The notes under the pieces were generated by a model, which had not been told where the DNA came from, searched no databases, and saw only the letters and a list, made by a program, of their open reading frames with translations. From positions 1,504,001-1,568,000 of the forward strand of contig OZ244561.1 in NCBI GenBank assembly GCA_965217585.1: DNA of 64,000 nt, read 5' to 3'. This stretch comes from Candidatus Latescibacterota bacterium. Lineage in GTDB: Bacteria; Latescibacterota; UBA2968; UBA8231. The position numbers and the translations under genes are program-made. Shown here piece by piece: positions 9,792 to 19,786 of this stretch (within the stretch, counting starts at the first letter, position 1; the number at the start of each line of letters is the position of its first letter).

Positions 9792-11804
9792 ATGAGAGGC
9801 GCGATTTTAGCCTGTATTGTGCTGGCGGTCGCTTACAGCCCCGGGGCGGCGCAAGAGTGGTGGCAGCTCGGCGGGCAGGGCGGCGTCTCGCCGGCGGACG
9901 TGACGGATTTCAGCCTGATGATAGACAACGCGGCTGCCTCCCAAGCACTCCAGCCTTTTGAACTTAATCCGAGCGAAAACATCTTGCCGCAGTTCGGCCC
10001 TTGGCAGCGCTGGCGCTTCCCCACCGATCCGCAGTTTCGCCCCGGTCATCCGCGCTTCTGGACGGACATCAACCACAACGTCCTCTACCAAGCCACGGAA
10101 ATTTTTCTCTTCGTCGATGGGGACTCGACCACGTACATAGAGCGGCGGGACTTAGATGGCATTTTCTACACCATTGACCTAGGCACCCAAGTGCCCGTAG
10201 AGCGCTTCGTCTTTTTTCCTCCCGAAGGCGTCAGCCCCGAAAGCGACGAACCCTTCCGGCCCAATTACATCCTCAAGTCCTATAGTCTGACGGCCGCCAA
10301 AGCCGAAACCGGCATTATGCAAGAGGAGATAGAACGCGGGTTCGTCTGGCGGGGCGACGGGCCGTGCTGTCCGCTGGCCATCCCCCTCGGCTACGAGGAG
10401 CGCAACACCGATGCGGTGACCGAAATCGCGTTTCCCCCGCAATACCTCCGCTTCTTCCGTCTAATCGCCATCCCCGACGGGTTTACCCTATACGGCGATC
10501 CCATCGTCACGCGCTCGGCCTTTGCCGAGATGGAGATCTACGGCCGGGGTTTCGCTCCGCAGGCGACCTATGAGTCGCAGGTCATAGATTTGGGGCGGGA
10601 GGTCAATTTTGGGCAGGTGCGCTTGGCGGTGAGCAAATGGCGCAAGGACGGGGAGCAACTGCTGCCGTCCGACGGTCCAACCCGCGCCCAAGTAGAAATC
10701 CGCACCGGGCGCGACAACAGCCCGACGGCTTATTTCGGCTTTGACGATCTAGGTGCCCACGTAGAGGTGACCAAGAAGCAGTGGGACCGGCTGATACCCA
10801 TAGAGACGCGCGGCGCTACCATAGCGGTCGGCTATCGCGGTCCGGTCGCCGAAGACCTGCAAAACTGGAGCTTCTGGTCGCTGCCGTTGGAGGGCTCGGG
10901 CCAGCACCCGCTCCTGCCGTGGGGTCGGTATTTCCAGTTGCGCGTCCAGCTAACAACGGACGCGCTGTGGGAATTTGCCCGCCTCGATTCCCTGCAAATC
11001 GAGATCGCGCCCCTGCTGGCCGACCGAGTCGTCGGCGAGATCGTCTTCGCGGAGGAACCCCACCCCCAGGGCGGGCAAGTACGCGTGCCAGCGGGTGAGA
11101 AAACCCCGTTCACGTACGACCTAGGCGTGGAATTTGCCAGTGCGGCCCGCGTCGGCTGCGACGCCGTGCGCATCTCGGCACCGGCGGAAGCCACATTTCG
11201 CTATTTGGAGATGGGCGACCCGCTCAGCGCCGTAGAGCCGGATAGCCTGCTACACGAAGAAAGCGGCTTTGTGGTGTTCTTGCCCCGCCCCTTGCACCCG
11301 AGCGGCGATCAGCGGCTGCGCATCGGCCTCGAAGCCGTGCTATACGGCGAGGCCGGCGAGTTTGGTGGCGAGGTCTTCAACCGCCACGAGCCGAGCTTGT
11401 TACAGCGCATCGAAGGGGGCGACGTTAGCGCGGAACTAGGCTCCAACCAGTTGCTCGTCGTGGCGTCTGCCACCTCCACGGATGGGGTACTGGGAGATGT
11501 CGAGGCGGGTAGCGGCGCGTTTACCCCCCAAGGCGACGGCGTAAACGACCTATTGTCCATACAATACACCCTCTTCCGGGTGCGACAGGCGTCCCAAGTG
11601 CAGGTCGGCCTCTACGCCCTCGACGGCCGGCCGGTATGGCAGGCACCGCCAAGTGTGCAGGGCGCAGGACGCCATGCGGTCCACTGGGACGGCCGGGACG
11701 CGGCCGGGCAACTGGTCCGCCCAGGCGTGTACCTAGCGCGCGTGGAAGTGGAAACGGATAAGGGGCTCGAGGTCCGCCTACAGCCCGTCGCCGTGATCTA
11801 TTGA
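9792..11804 (+). CDS. Secreted protein with C-terminal FlgD Ig-like domain (paralogue of 1921..3855)
   Basis: ATG 9792 after GGAGG gives signal peptide MRGAILACIVLAVAYSPGAA. Shares DLG, EIYG.GF, RTGRD, WSFWS, FTPQGDGVND and HWDGRD..G..V.PGVYL motifs. Confidence 0.8.
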   Translation: MRGAILACIVLAVAYSPGAAQEWWQLGGQGGVSPADVTDFSLMIDNAAASQALQPFELNPSENILPQFGPWQRWRFPTDPQFRPGHPRFWTDINHNVLYQATEIFLFVDGDSTTYIERRDLDGIFYTIDLGTQVPVERFVFFPPEGVSPESDEPFRPNYILKSYSLTAAKAETGIMQEEIERGFVWRGDGPCCPLAIPLGYEERNTDAVTEIAFPPQYLRFFRLIAIPDGFTLYGDPIVTRSAFAEMEIYGRGFAPQATYESQVIDLGREVNFGQVRLAVSKWRKDGEQLLPSDGPTRAQVEIRTGRDNSPTAYFGFDDLGAHVEVTKKQWDRLIPIETRGATIAVGYRGPVAEDLQNWSFWSLPLEGSGQHPLLPWGRYFQLRVQLTTDALWEFARLDSLQIEIAPLLADRVVGEIVFAEEPHPQGGQVRVPAGEKTPFTYDLGVEFASAARVGCDAVRISAPAEATFRYLEMGDPLSAVEPDSLLHEESGFVVFLPRPLHPSGDQRLRIGLEAVLYGEAGEFGGEVFNRHEPSLLQRIEGGDVSAELGSNQLLVVASATSTDGVLGDVEAGSGAFTPQGDGVNDLLSIQYTLFRVRQASQVQVGLYALDGRPVWQAPPSVQGAGRHAVHWDGRDAAGQLVRPGVYLARVEVETDKGLEVRLQPVAVIY

Positions 11805-11823
11805 ACGGAAAGGGCCAAACGCA

Positions 11824-12588
11824 ATGAAAACATGGATGGGCTGTTTGCTGTGCACTGCGCTGCTCGCCGGAGGCTGCGGGCACAAATTGGGCTATCGCCA
11901 CTTCGCCGGTCCCATATTGCCGGCCGTTGATTTGGCGGCGGCGGATTTAGTCGTCCGCGACGACCACAGCATCACCTTCGTCAAAGACCGTTTGGAAGTG
12001 AGTTTGTTACCGCTGACCGTGGCCATGCTCAACCGGCAGCTAAGCAGCCACTCGCAGCGGCCGGAGGGCTTTCACGAGCCCAATCCCTATCTCGCGCCGG
12101 TCAATCCCTATACCTATGGCGACTGGAAGCCGGGGTGGGAAGAAGAACATCCCACCCGCTTTACGATCTTTCTACTCAAGGTCAAAAACTACGCGTACCC
12201 CAAGGTGTGGCTCAATCCCTACGCCATAGAGATCACCAGTGCCAATGGCCGGCGCTATCAAGCCTTCTCCCGGCTGGCGTTAGACGAGTATTTCGCCCCT
12301 TATGCCATAGGCTATGCGGGCAATACCTTCCTTCCGTTCCGCGAGCGGCGAGACCTGCTGCTCCGCACCTTGTATCCAGAAGACGAGATGATCTTCAGCG
12401 GCCAGGAGCTAGAAGGTTTCATCGCCTTTGCCCCGCTGGCTAACGATGTCGAAGGGTTTGAAGTGCGGATCGCGGAGATGGTGTTGCGCTTCGACTACCG
12501 AGATCAGCCGGTGGAAACCATAGACATCGCCTACCCATTTACACGCGAAGTGTACTTGGCCAAGCACCGCCGCGCCGAGGAACTCTAA
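11824..12588 (+). CDS. Putative lipoprotein
   Basis: 254 aa, lipobox-like LLAGGC after a hydrophobic stretch, operonic spacing. Confidence 0.65.
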   Translation: MKTWMGCLLCTALLAGGCGHKLGYRHFAGPILPAVDLAAADLVVRDDHSITFVKDRLEVSLLPLTVAMLNRQLSSHSQRPEGFHEPNPYLAPVNPYTYGDWKPGWEEEHPTRFTIFLLKVKNYAYPKVWLNPYAIEITSANGRRYQAFSRLALDEYFAPYAIGYAGNTFLPFRERRDLLLRTLYPEDEMIFSGQELEGFIAFAPLANDVEGFEVRIAEMVLRFDYRDQPVETIDIAYPFTREVYLAKHRRAEEL

Positions 12589-12590
12589 AG

Positions 12591-14243
12591 ATGCTCATTC
12601 GGACGGTTGTGGGAGTCGCCCTCGCGTCGCTGTGGTGGAGTGGATGCGGGCCGAAATTGGATGGCGATGTGGTCGCTAAGGTAGGCGACGAAGGAATCAA
12701 GCTCGCAGCATTGCGCCAGTTCCGGGAAGAGTCCACCGCCAACTACCGCGACCCCGAAGAGGGGCAGGCGTGGAGCTTCTACTTGCAGACGATAATCGAC
12801 ATGAAGCTGATGCTCATCGAGGCGCGGGAGCGGCGGCTGGATCAGACCGTGGAGTTTGTGCGCCAATGGGAACGGGAACGGCGCAAGAAGCTGGTTGATG
12901 AGTACGCCGTGCGGACCATTCTCGCGGATGTAGATCTCGCAGTGGAAGGCATGCGTCAGGGTTTTGCGACGAGCAAGTGGAATCGGATGTTGCGCTTGGC
13001 CCATATCCGCACCGCCAGCGCGGCAGAAGCCCAAAAGGCCATGCGCGACTTGGAGCAGGGGCGGGATTTTGCCGCGGTGGCCCGCGAGCGTTCTATCGCG
13101 CCTACAGCCGCCCACGGCGGGGTACTCGACGCCTGGTACGGGCGCGGCAACTTGGAGGAGACGGGCCTGCCCATAGAAGTGGGGGAGCAGGTATTCGACC
13201 TACAGGTTGGGGACTTGAGCCAGCCCCTACTCGTGGGGGAACACTACGAGATTTTCAAGGTGCTGTCCCAAGGTCCGGCACCTGAGCACTACCGAGCGGC
13301 CTTCTTGCGAGAGCAGTACTGGAAGGAGTTTCGCGTCCGCTGGCAAGAGTTGACCGCACAGCTCAAAGACCGACTAAACGCACAGCTAGATGGCGAGGCG
13401 ATCCGCTTGCTGGTCGATAGGATGGCCGAATCCGACAGCCGCGGGATGCTGTTGGGTCCCGAAGAGCAGGAAGTGATCCTCTGCCGTTTCAAGGGCGGGC
13501 AGGTAACGCTGCGGGATTTCGCCGAAACCTATAACGCCTATTGGTTCATCCGCTCGGTCTCCTTCGACAGCAGCGGGATTTCCGAGTTCGTCCACCGGGA
13601 CCTCTTGCCGCGAACCCTCGTCTATCAAGCGGCGTTGCAGGAAGGTCTAGACCAGGATTCGACGATAGCCGCCTGGTTGCAGGAAAAGAAAAAATCACTG
13701 CTGCTCGAAGCCCTCCGCAGAGAGGAAGTCGTGCAGCGGACCGAAGTCGATAGCGCCATGGCCCGCCAGTACTACGACGACCATCCGCAAATGTTCATGG
13801 AACTGGAAGAGATTCGGGTGGCGGAGGTGCTGGTGGCGACCCGCGCCGAGGCGGAACAACTTTTGCAGCGGGTCCGCGCTGGCGAACGCCTAGAATCGCT
13901 GGCCGCCCACCACACGCTCCGCACGGATGCCGAGGGCGGGCAATACCACATCCACAATCACCCCTCCGAGCGGCGGGTTTTCGGTGCCCTCTACGACTCG
14001 GTGCTCGCCGCGCCGGTGGGGATACTCACTGGCCCGGTGGCTCTCGACGAGGGCTATTCGATCTTCGAGGTGCGGGAACGCATTCCCCCCCGACCCACGC
14101 CCTTTGCACAGGCGGCTTCGCGGGCGCGGTGGTGGGTGCAGAAGCAGCAAGAAAAGACCCTCTTCGACGCCTTGTTCACCCGGCTCAGGGATCAGTACGC
14201 CGATAAGGTTGTGGTGTTTGAAGAGCAGTTGGGCAAACTATAA
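12591..14243 (+). CDS. Parvulin-type peptidyl-prolyl isomerase (SurA/PrsA-like lipoprotein, two PpiC domains)
   Basis: LRLAHI...F...A...S...GG.L and IRVAEVLV...EA...GPV....GYSIF rotamase patterns; WSGC lipobox-like. Confidence 0.8.
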   Translation: MLIRTVVGVALASLWWSGCGPKLDGDVVAKVGDEGIKLAALRQFREESTANYRDPEEGQAWSFYLQTIIDMKLMLIEARERRLDQTVEFVRQWERERRKKLVDEYAVRTILADVDLAVEGMRQGFATSKWNRMLRLAHIRTASAAEAQKAMRDLEQGRDFAAVARERSIAPTAAHGGVLDAWYGRGNLEETGLPIEVGEQVFDLQVGDLSQPLLVGEHYEIFKVLSQGPAPEHYRAAFLREQYWKEFRVRWQELTAQLKDRLNAQLDGEAIRLLVDRMAESDSRGMLLGPEEQEVILCRFKGGQVTLRDFAETYNAYWFIRSVSFDSSGISEFVHRDLLPRTLVYQAALQEGLDQDSTIAAWLQEKKKSLLLEALRREEVVQRTEVDSAMARQYYDDHPQMFMELEEIRVAEVLVATRAEAEQLLQRVRAGERLESLAAHHTLRTDAEGGQYHIHNHPSERRVFGALYDSVLAAPVGILTGPVALDEGYSIFEVRERIPPRPTPFAQAASRARWWVQKQQEKTLFDALFTRLRDQYADKVVVFEEQLGKL

Positions 14244-14273
14244 GCCAGCCCCCACTAGCCCATGCCATCACTC

Positions 14274-14298
14274 GTAGGGACACCCCTTGTGGTTGCCC
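14274..14298 (+). repeat. Single degenerate GTAG-type REP-like palindrome
   Basis: gtagggacaccccttgtggttgccc: GTAG tetranucleotide followed by an imperfect GC-rich hairpin, intergenic. Confidence 0.4.
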
Positions 14299-14333
14299 AC
14301 GCTCCCCCCAATTCCTCCACCTCCTACTAGTCC

Positions 14334-15977
14334 GTGGCTGCGGTTTTGTCTTTGTGGACGCTGCTCGTCGTGAGCAGCGCGGGATGCGGACCAGCGGACC
14401 CGGAGATCGGGCCGGCGTTTGTAGAGGTAGCACAGGAGGCGGGCATTGAATTCCACCATCAGAATGGGGCGAGCGGGCGCTACTACTACGTGGAAACCTA
14501 TGGGTCGGGCGCGGCCTTCCTCGACTACGACGGCGACGGCGACCAAGACCTCTATGCGGTCAACAGCGCACCACTGCCGGGTTTTGCCGCCGAGGGCGTC
14601 CCCACCAACGCGCTCTATCACAACCGGGGCGACGGCACCTTCGCGGATGCGACGGCGCAAACGAGGACGGGCCATCCGGGTTATGGCATGGGTAGCTGCG
14701 TCGGGGACATCGACAACGACGGGCACGTGGATCTGTACGTGACCAACTTCGGCCCCAACGTCCTGTATCGCAATCAGGGCGATGGCACCTTTGCCGATCA
14801 GACCGCCGACGCCGGGGTCGGCGATCCCCGCCTGAGCACTAGCGCGGCATTTGCCGACATCGACAACGACGGCGATCTGGACCTCTACGTGGCCAACAAC
14901 GTCGCCGTTGACCTAGCGCATGACGAAGGGTGTCGCCAAGGAGCGATCCCGGTCTATTGCGCCCCCACTCAGTACAAAGGAGAATCCGGTGTCCTTTTCC
15001 GCAACGATCGGGGCGGAAAGTTCGCCGATATTACCCGGCCAGCCGGCGTGTACAGCGAAGCTGGCCGCCAGTTGGGCGTAGTCTTTGGCGACTACGACGG
15101 CGACGGGGACGCGGACCTGTATGTGGCCAACGACATGAAGGCCAATTTCCTCTTCCGCAACGACGGCGCGGCGCGGTTCGCCGAAGTGGGATTGAGCGCG
15201 GGGGTGGCGCTCAGCGAGAGCGCTCGCCCCGAGGCCGGCATGGGCACGGACTTTGGCGACTGCGACCGAGATGGCGACTTGGATATTGTGGTCTGCAACT
15301 TCCAGTGGGAAAGCTGCCGCCTCTATCGCAACGAAGGCGACGGAGCATTTGCCGACCTGAGCTTTCCGTCGGGGTTGGGCGAGCCTACGCTTTCGACCTT
15401 GACCTTTGGCACGGATTTTCTCGACTACGACAACGACGGTGACCTAGACCTCTATCTGGCCAATGGCCACGTCCATCCAAAAGTGCAGGCATTCGACCAA
15501 GCCGCGTCCTATCCGCAGTCGGACCAGCTCTTTGCCAACGACGGGGCCGGGCGGTTTGCGCTGGTGCAGGCTACGACCCTGCGCGGAGTCGGCCGAGGCG
15601 CGGCGTTTGCCGACATCGACAACGACGGCGATCTGGATGCTTTTGTCTCCAATAACAACCAGCGAGCGTTTTTGCTGCGCAACGACCGCGGCCAGCGCAA
15701 CCACTGGATCGCATTTAAGACCGTCGGCCGGATCAGCAACCGGGACGGGATCGGGGCGGTGATCCGGGTGGTAAGCGGCGATTTGGTGCAGGTCGAGGAG
15801 GTGCGCAGCGGCAGCAGCTATCTTTCGCAAAACGATCTGCGGGTGTACTTCGGCTTGGGCCAGCGGGAACAGGTGGATCGCGTCCAGATCCGCTGGCCCA
15901 GCGGGATCGTGCAGACGCTCGTACAAGTGCCCATCGACCAGATCCACCAAGTGGAAGAACCTCCTTCCTCCGGCTGA
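14334..15977 (+). CDS. CRTAC1-family protein (FG-GAP/VCBS repeats plus ASPIC/UnbV domain)
   Basis: Multiple D(Y/I)DNDGDLDL repeats; C-terminal SNRDGIGA...GSSYLSQND..VYFGLG...IRWPSG. Confidence 0.9.
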   Translation: MAAVLSLWTLLVVSSAGCGPADPEIGPAFVEVAQEAGIEFHHQNGASGRYYYVETYGSGAAFLDYDGDGDQDLYAVNSAPLPGFAAEGVPTNALYHNRGDGTFADATAQTRTGHPGYGMGSCVGDIDNDGHVDLYVTNFGPNVLYRNQGDGTFADQTADAGVGDPRLSTSAAFADIDNDGDLDLYVANNVAVDLAHDEGCRQGAIPVYCAPTQYKGESGVLFRNDRGGKFADITRPAGVYSEAGRQLGVVFGDYDGDGDADLYVANDMKANFLFRNDGAARFAEVGLSAGVALSESARPEAGMGTDFGDCDRDGDLDIVVCNFQWESCRLYRNEGDGAFADLSFPSGLGEPTLSTLTFGTDFLDYDNDGDLDLYLANGHVHPKVQAFDQAASYPQSDQLFANDGAGRFALVQATTLRGVGRGAAFADIDNDGDLDAFVSNNNQRAFLLRNDRGQRNHWIAFKTVGRISNRDGIGAVIRVVSGDLVQVEEVRSGSSYLSQNDLRVYFGLGQREQVDRVQIRWPSGIVQTLVQVPIDQIHQVEEPPSSG

Positions 15978-15979
15978 GC

Positions 15980-17506
15980 ATGAGCAACCAGTGGAAAAGG
16001 ACCAGAACGCGCTGCTGGGCCGTTGCCTGCCTGCTAGCCTTGCTCTACGGATGCACGCCCGCCGAGGAAAGCCTAGGCGAGCGGGAGGTCCGCTATCAGC
16101 GCCAGACCGCGGAAGACCCGACAGACGCCGAGGCCCATCACGCGCTCGGCCAAGTGTACCACGAACAGGCGCGCTACCCCGAGGCCCTACAGTCCTTTCA
16201 CCAGGCCCAAGCGCTGGATCCCACCCACACCGGAGCGCAGGTGGGGATCGGCAACATCCTGTTTAAGAGAGGCGAATTAGATCGAGCCGCAAACGCGTAC
16301 CAACGGGCCGCGCAGGGATGTGCCGATTGTGCGGACGCGCACCGGGGGCTGGGGGCCGTCTATCTGCGGCAGCGGCGCTTTGCGGAAGCCCGCCAAGCCT
16401 ATCAGCAGGCGCTTTTAAGCGAGCCGGACCACGCCCCCTCGCACTACAATATCGGCGCGGCCTTCGCCCAAGAAGGCGCGTATCAAGAGGCGGCGGCGGC
16501 AATGGAACAGGCCATTGCCAGCGACTCTAAATACATCCTGGCGCATACCGCGCTAGGAGATGTATACTGCCTCAAGTTGGGGCAATGCGACAAGGCCGCC
16601 GCGCTCCTTGAGCAGGCCGTGACCTTGCAACCGACAGCGGTCGCCCCCCGGATCGGCTTGGGGCGGGCACACCTCCGCTTGGGGAGGTACGAGGAGGCTG
16701 CGGCGAGCTTTGAGGCGGCCATTGCCGCGGATTCGACGGCGGCAGCGGCATTTAACTGGCTAGGGGTAGCCCGCACTAAGCTGGGGCAATACGAGCCGGC
16801 GGCCCAAGCTCTGCGCCGCGCCATTCACTTGGATATGCTCTATCCCCAAGCCTATTACAACCTATCCCAGACCTACCAGAAACAAGGCAAGGCCAAGGAG
16901 AGCGAAGCGGCTTTGCGCGCCTTCAACCGCATTGACGCGTACTCTGGGGATATTCTCCGGTGGAAAACAATACTGGACGGCAATCCGCACGATGCTATGG
17001 CGCTCTTTGAACTGGGCCGGATCTATGCGAGACTGGGCGTAGCAAGCGAAGCGGCCGCAGCCTTCCAGCGCGCGCTGACGATCAACCCCACCCATGCACC
17101 GGCCTGGCACAATCTGGGCAATGCCTACGCTCGCCTCGACCGCTTGGACGAGGCCATCGCCGCCTTCCGTCAGGCGCTGGCGCTGGACGAAGGGTACGCC
17201 CTCGCTTGGTACAATCTCGGCAACGCCCATTTTGCAAAAGGGGAACTGGCGCAAGCCCGCAAGGCATTCACTGCGGCGCTCGATCACCGGGCAGGGTACG
17301 CGGACGCCTACCACGGCCTCGGAGGGGTGGCGCTACGCTCAGGAGCGGCCGAGGAGGCGGTGGGCCACTTTCGCACGGTCCTAGCGGCGGACTCAAGCTA
17401 TGCCCGCGCCCATTACGGCTTGGCCTTGGCCTACCGGGCACTCGGCGACTCGCTGCGCGCCGCGCAGGCCCTGGCGCGCTTCAAAAGGTTGCGCGGTGGA
17501 CCGTAA
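15980..17506 (+). CDS. Tetratricopeptide-repeat lipoprotein
   Basis: Tandem 34-aa AH..LG..Y...G.Y.EA...F..A..L.P repeats; LLYGC lipobox. Confidence 0.9.
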   Translation: MSNQWKRTRTRCWAVACLLALLYGCTPAEESLGEREVRYQRQTAEDPTDAEAHHALGQVYHEQARYPEALQSFHQAQALDPTHTGAQVGIGNILFKRGELDRAANAYQRAAQGCADCADAHRGLGAVYLRQRRFAEARQAYQQALLSEPDHAPSHYNIGAAFAQEGAYQEAAAAMEQAIASDSKYILAHTALGDVYCLKLGQCDKAAALLEQAVTLQPTAVAPRIGLGRAHLRLGRYEEAAASFEAAIAADSTAAAAFNWLGVARTKLGQYEPAAQALRRAIHLDMLYPQAYYNLSQTYQKQGKAKESEAALRAFNRIDAYSGDILRWKTILDGNPHDAMALFELGRIYARLGVASEAAAAFQRALTINPTHAPAWHNLGNAYARLDRLDEAIAAFRQALALDEGYALAWYNLGNAHFAKGELAQARKAFTAALDHRAGYADAYHGLGGVALRSGAAEEAVGHFRTVLAADSSYARAHYGLALAYRALGDSLRAAQALARFKRLRGGP

Positions 17507-17507
17507 C

Positions 17508-19673
17508 ATGCGGTCTATGCTGGGCTTGGCCCTCGTCGCGTTGTCTTGCGCCACAGAGCCGCCGGTACCCTACCAAGCCCCTGGCACGAAGCGCATGGCT
17601 GCCCGCTTGGCGGAGATCGAGCAGAATTTGAACCCCACCATCAATACCTATATCAATGCGGCGCGGGTAGAATACCTCAAGACCTTGCCGCAGCCGCCCG
17701 ATACCGCCGGCCACCTGCGCGCCAGGGCCTATCTGGCGCGGGAGTTATTGCGCGCCGGCCAGAGCCAAGCCGCCATCGCCGAGTTTGAAAAGCTCCAGCC
17801 GCAGCTACAACAAGTCGATCTCAGACTTACCCCGGACGTGCGCGTCCTGCTGGGGCTGTCCTATATGCGCCTCGGGGAGCAGGAAAACTGTCTCGCTCGG
17901 CATGCGACGGCCTCGTGTCTTTTGCCGATTAGTGGCGACGGAATCCACACCATTGTGCGGGGATCGCGGGCGGCATTGGCGGAATTCGCCGCGTATCTGG
18001 AGGATCACCCAGACGACCTCACCGTTCGCTGGCTTTTGAATATTGCCTATATGACCTTGGGCATGTATCCCGAGCAGGTGCCAGCACAGTGGCTCGTCCC
18101 GCCCGAGGTTTTTGCCTCCAACTACGATATTAAGCGCTTTGCCGATGTGGCACCGGCGCTGGGCCTAGATTTGGTCTCCATGGCCGGCGGCAGCATCATG
18201 GACGACTTCGACGGCGATGGCCATCTAGATATTATGGCCTCGTCTTGGGGCCTCAGCGACCAACTCCGCTATTTTGCCAACCTCGGCGATGGGTCCTTTG
18301 CCGAACGGACCGCGGCGGCCGGCCTGACCGGGATCGGCGGCGGATTGCAGATTGTACACGCCGACTACGACAACAACGGCTATGCGGACGTGTTGGTTTT
18401 GCGCGGGGGCTGGTGGGAAGACGACGGCCTGCATCCCAACTCGCTATTGCACAACAACGGCAATGGGACCTTTGCCGACGCCACCGAGCAGGTCGGCCTG
18501 CTCACCTTCCACCCGACGCAGACAGCCGCCTGGGGCGACTACGACAACGACGGCTGGCTGGACCTTTTCGTTGGCAACGAGTCGTATGGAGGCCGGATCC
18601 ATCGGTGTGAACTTTTCCACAGCAACGGGCAGGCAAAGGATTTGCAGTTTGCCGAGGTGGGCGAGGCAACCGGGGTCGCCGTCGTCGGCTATGTAAAAGG
18701 GGCCGCTTGGGGCGATTACGACAACGACGGCCTAATTGACCTCTACGTCTCGCGGCTCACTGGCACCAATTTCCTCTTTGCCAACGACGGTGCCAACGAG
18801 TTCGGCGGGTGGACCTTCACCGACAAGAGCAAGGAAGCAGGCGTTACCGAACCACTAGGCAGCTTCCCGGCTTGGTTCTGGGACTACGACAACGACGGCT
18901 GGCTGGACATTTTCGTCTCGGGGTACCACTACGAGGCCAACGCCGGCGATGTGGCCGCCGACTATCTGGGGCTGGCGACCGCGGCCGAGCGTCCCCGCCT
19001 GTACCGCAACAACGGCGACGGGACTTTTGCCGAGCGCAGCGCGGAAGCGGGCGTTGACAAGGTGCTCTATACGATGGGTTGCGATTTCGGCGACCTCGAC
19101 AACGACGGTTGGCTGGATTTTTATGCTGGCACGGGGTCGCCTTCGCTGCGCTCGGTCATGCCCAACCGCATGTTCCGCAATGCCGATGGACACTTCTTCG
19201 AGGACGTTACCACCTCCGGCGGCTTCGGCCATCTGCAAAAAGGGCACGGCGTGGCCTTTGGCGACTACGACAACGATGGCGACCAAGATATCTATGCGGT
19301 CATGGGCGGGGCCTATACCGGGGACGTGTTCCAGAATGTCCTCTTTGAAAATCCCGGGCACGGCAATCACTGGATCACGCTCCTGTTGGAAGGGGTACAA
19401 TCCAATCGCGCCGCCTTAGGAGCGCACATCAGGATACAGGTCTCGACCGCGGAGGGGCCGAGGAACATCTACGCCACCGTCGGCACGGGTGCCAGCTTCG
19501 GGGGATCGAGTCTGCAACAGGAGATCGGCCTGGGACAGGCCACGACCATCGAGGTCGTCGAAGTTACTTGGCCGGCCACGGGCGCGCGGCAACTGTTTAC
19601 CAGCCTCGAAATGGATCAGTACTACAGCATCCGCGAAGGCGACCGGACGCCGGTCCAGCTCGACCGCCGCTAG
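17508..19673 (+). CDS. CRTAC1-family protein (N-terminal TPR-like region, FG-GAP repeats, ASPIC/UnbV)
   Basis: GDYDNDGWLD repeats and SNRAALGA...GGSSLQQEIGLG. ATG 17508 gives lipobox ALSC; alternative GTG at 17496. Confidence 0.88.
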   Translation: MRSMLGLALVALSCATEPPVPYQAPGTKRMAARLAEIEQNLNPTINTYINAARVEYLKTLPQPPDTAGHLRARAYLARELLRAGQSQAAIAEFEKLQPQLQQVDLRLTPDVRVLLGLSYMRLGEQENCLARHATASCLLPISGDGIHTIVRGSRAALAEFAAYLEDHPDDLTVRWLLNIAYMTLGMYPEQVPAQWLVPPEVFASNYDIKRFADVAPALGLDLVSMAGGSIMDDFDGDGHLDIMASSWGLSDQLRYFANLGDGSFAERTAAAGLTGIGGGLQIVHADYDNNGYADVLVLRGGWWEDDGLHPNSLLHNNGNGTFADATEQVGLLTFHPTQTAAWGDYDNDGWLDLFVGNESYGGRIHRCELFHSNGQAKDLQFAEVGEATGVAVVGYVKGAAWGDYDNDGLIDLYVSRLTGTNFLFANDGANEFGGWTFTDKSKEAGVTEPLGSFPAWFWDYDNDGWLDIFVSGYHYEANAGDVAADYLGLATAAERPRLYRNNGDGTFAERSAEAGVDKVLYTMGCDFGDLDNDGWLDFYAGTGSPSLRSVMPNRMFRNADGHFFEDVTTSGGFGHLQKGHGVAFGDYDNDGDQDIYAVMGGAYTGDVFQNVLFENPGHGNHWITLLLEGVQSNRAALGAHIRIQVSTAEGPRNIYATVGTGASFGGSSLQQEIGLGQATTIEVVEVTWPATGARQLFTSLEMDQYYSIREGDRTPVQLDRR

Positions 19674-19679
19674 CCATGC

Positions 19680-19781
19680 ATTCTGCGGTGAAAGACCGTG
19701 CTAGACAGCGACTCGCACGACGCAGCCATCCCTTTTGAGCTAGGCCGCATCTATGCCAAACTAGGAACAGCGGCCGCCGAG
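19680..19781 (+). pseudogene. Short relic of a TPR gene paralogous to 15980..17506
   Basis: Translates ILR*KTVLDSDSHDAAIPFELGRIYAKLGTAAAE versus ILRWKTILDGNPHDAMALFELGRIYARLGVASEA at 16952-17053; TGG has become TGA. Confidence 0.65.
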
Positions 19782-19786
19782 AAATT

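Noticed and set aside
14500-19300. Recurrent gactacgacaacgacggc-like DNA repeats as a CRISPR or repeat array
   Set aside because: They are coding FG-GAP (DYDNDG) repeats with irregular spacing inside CRTAC1 genes.
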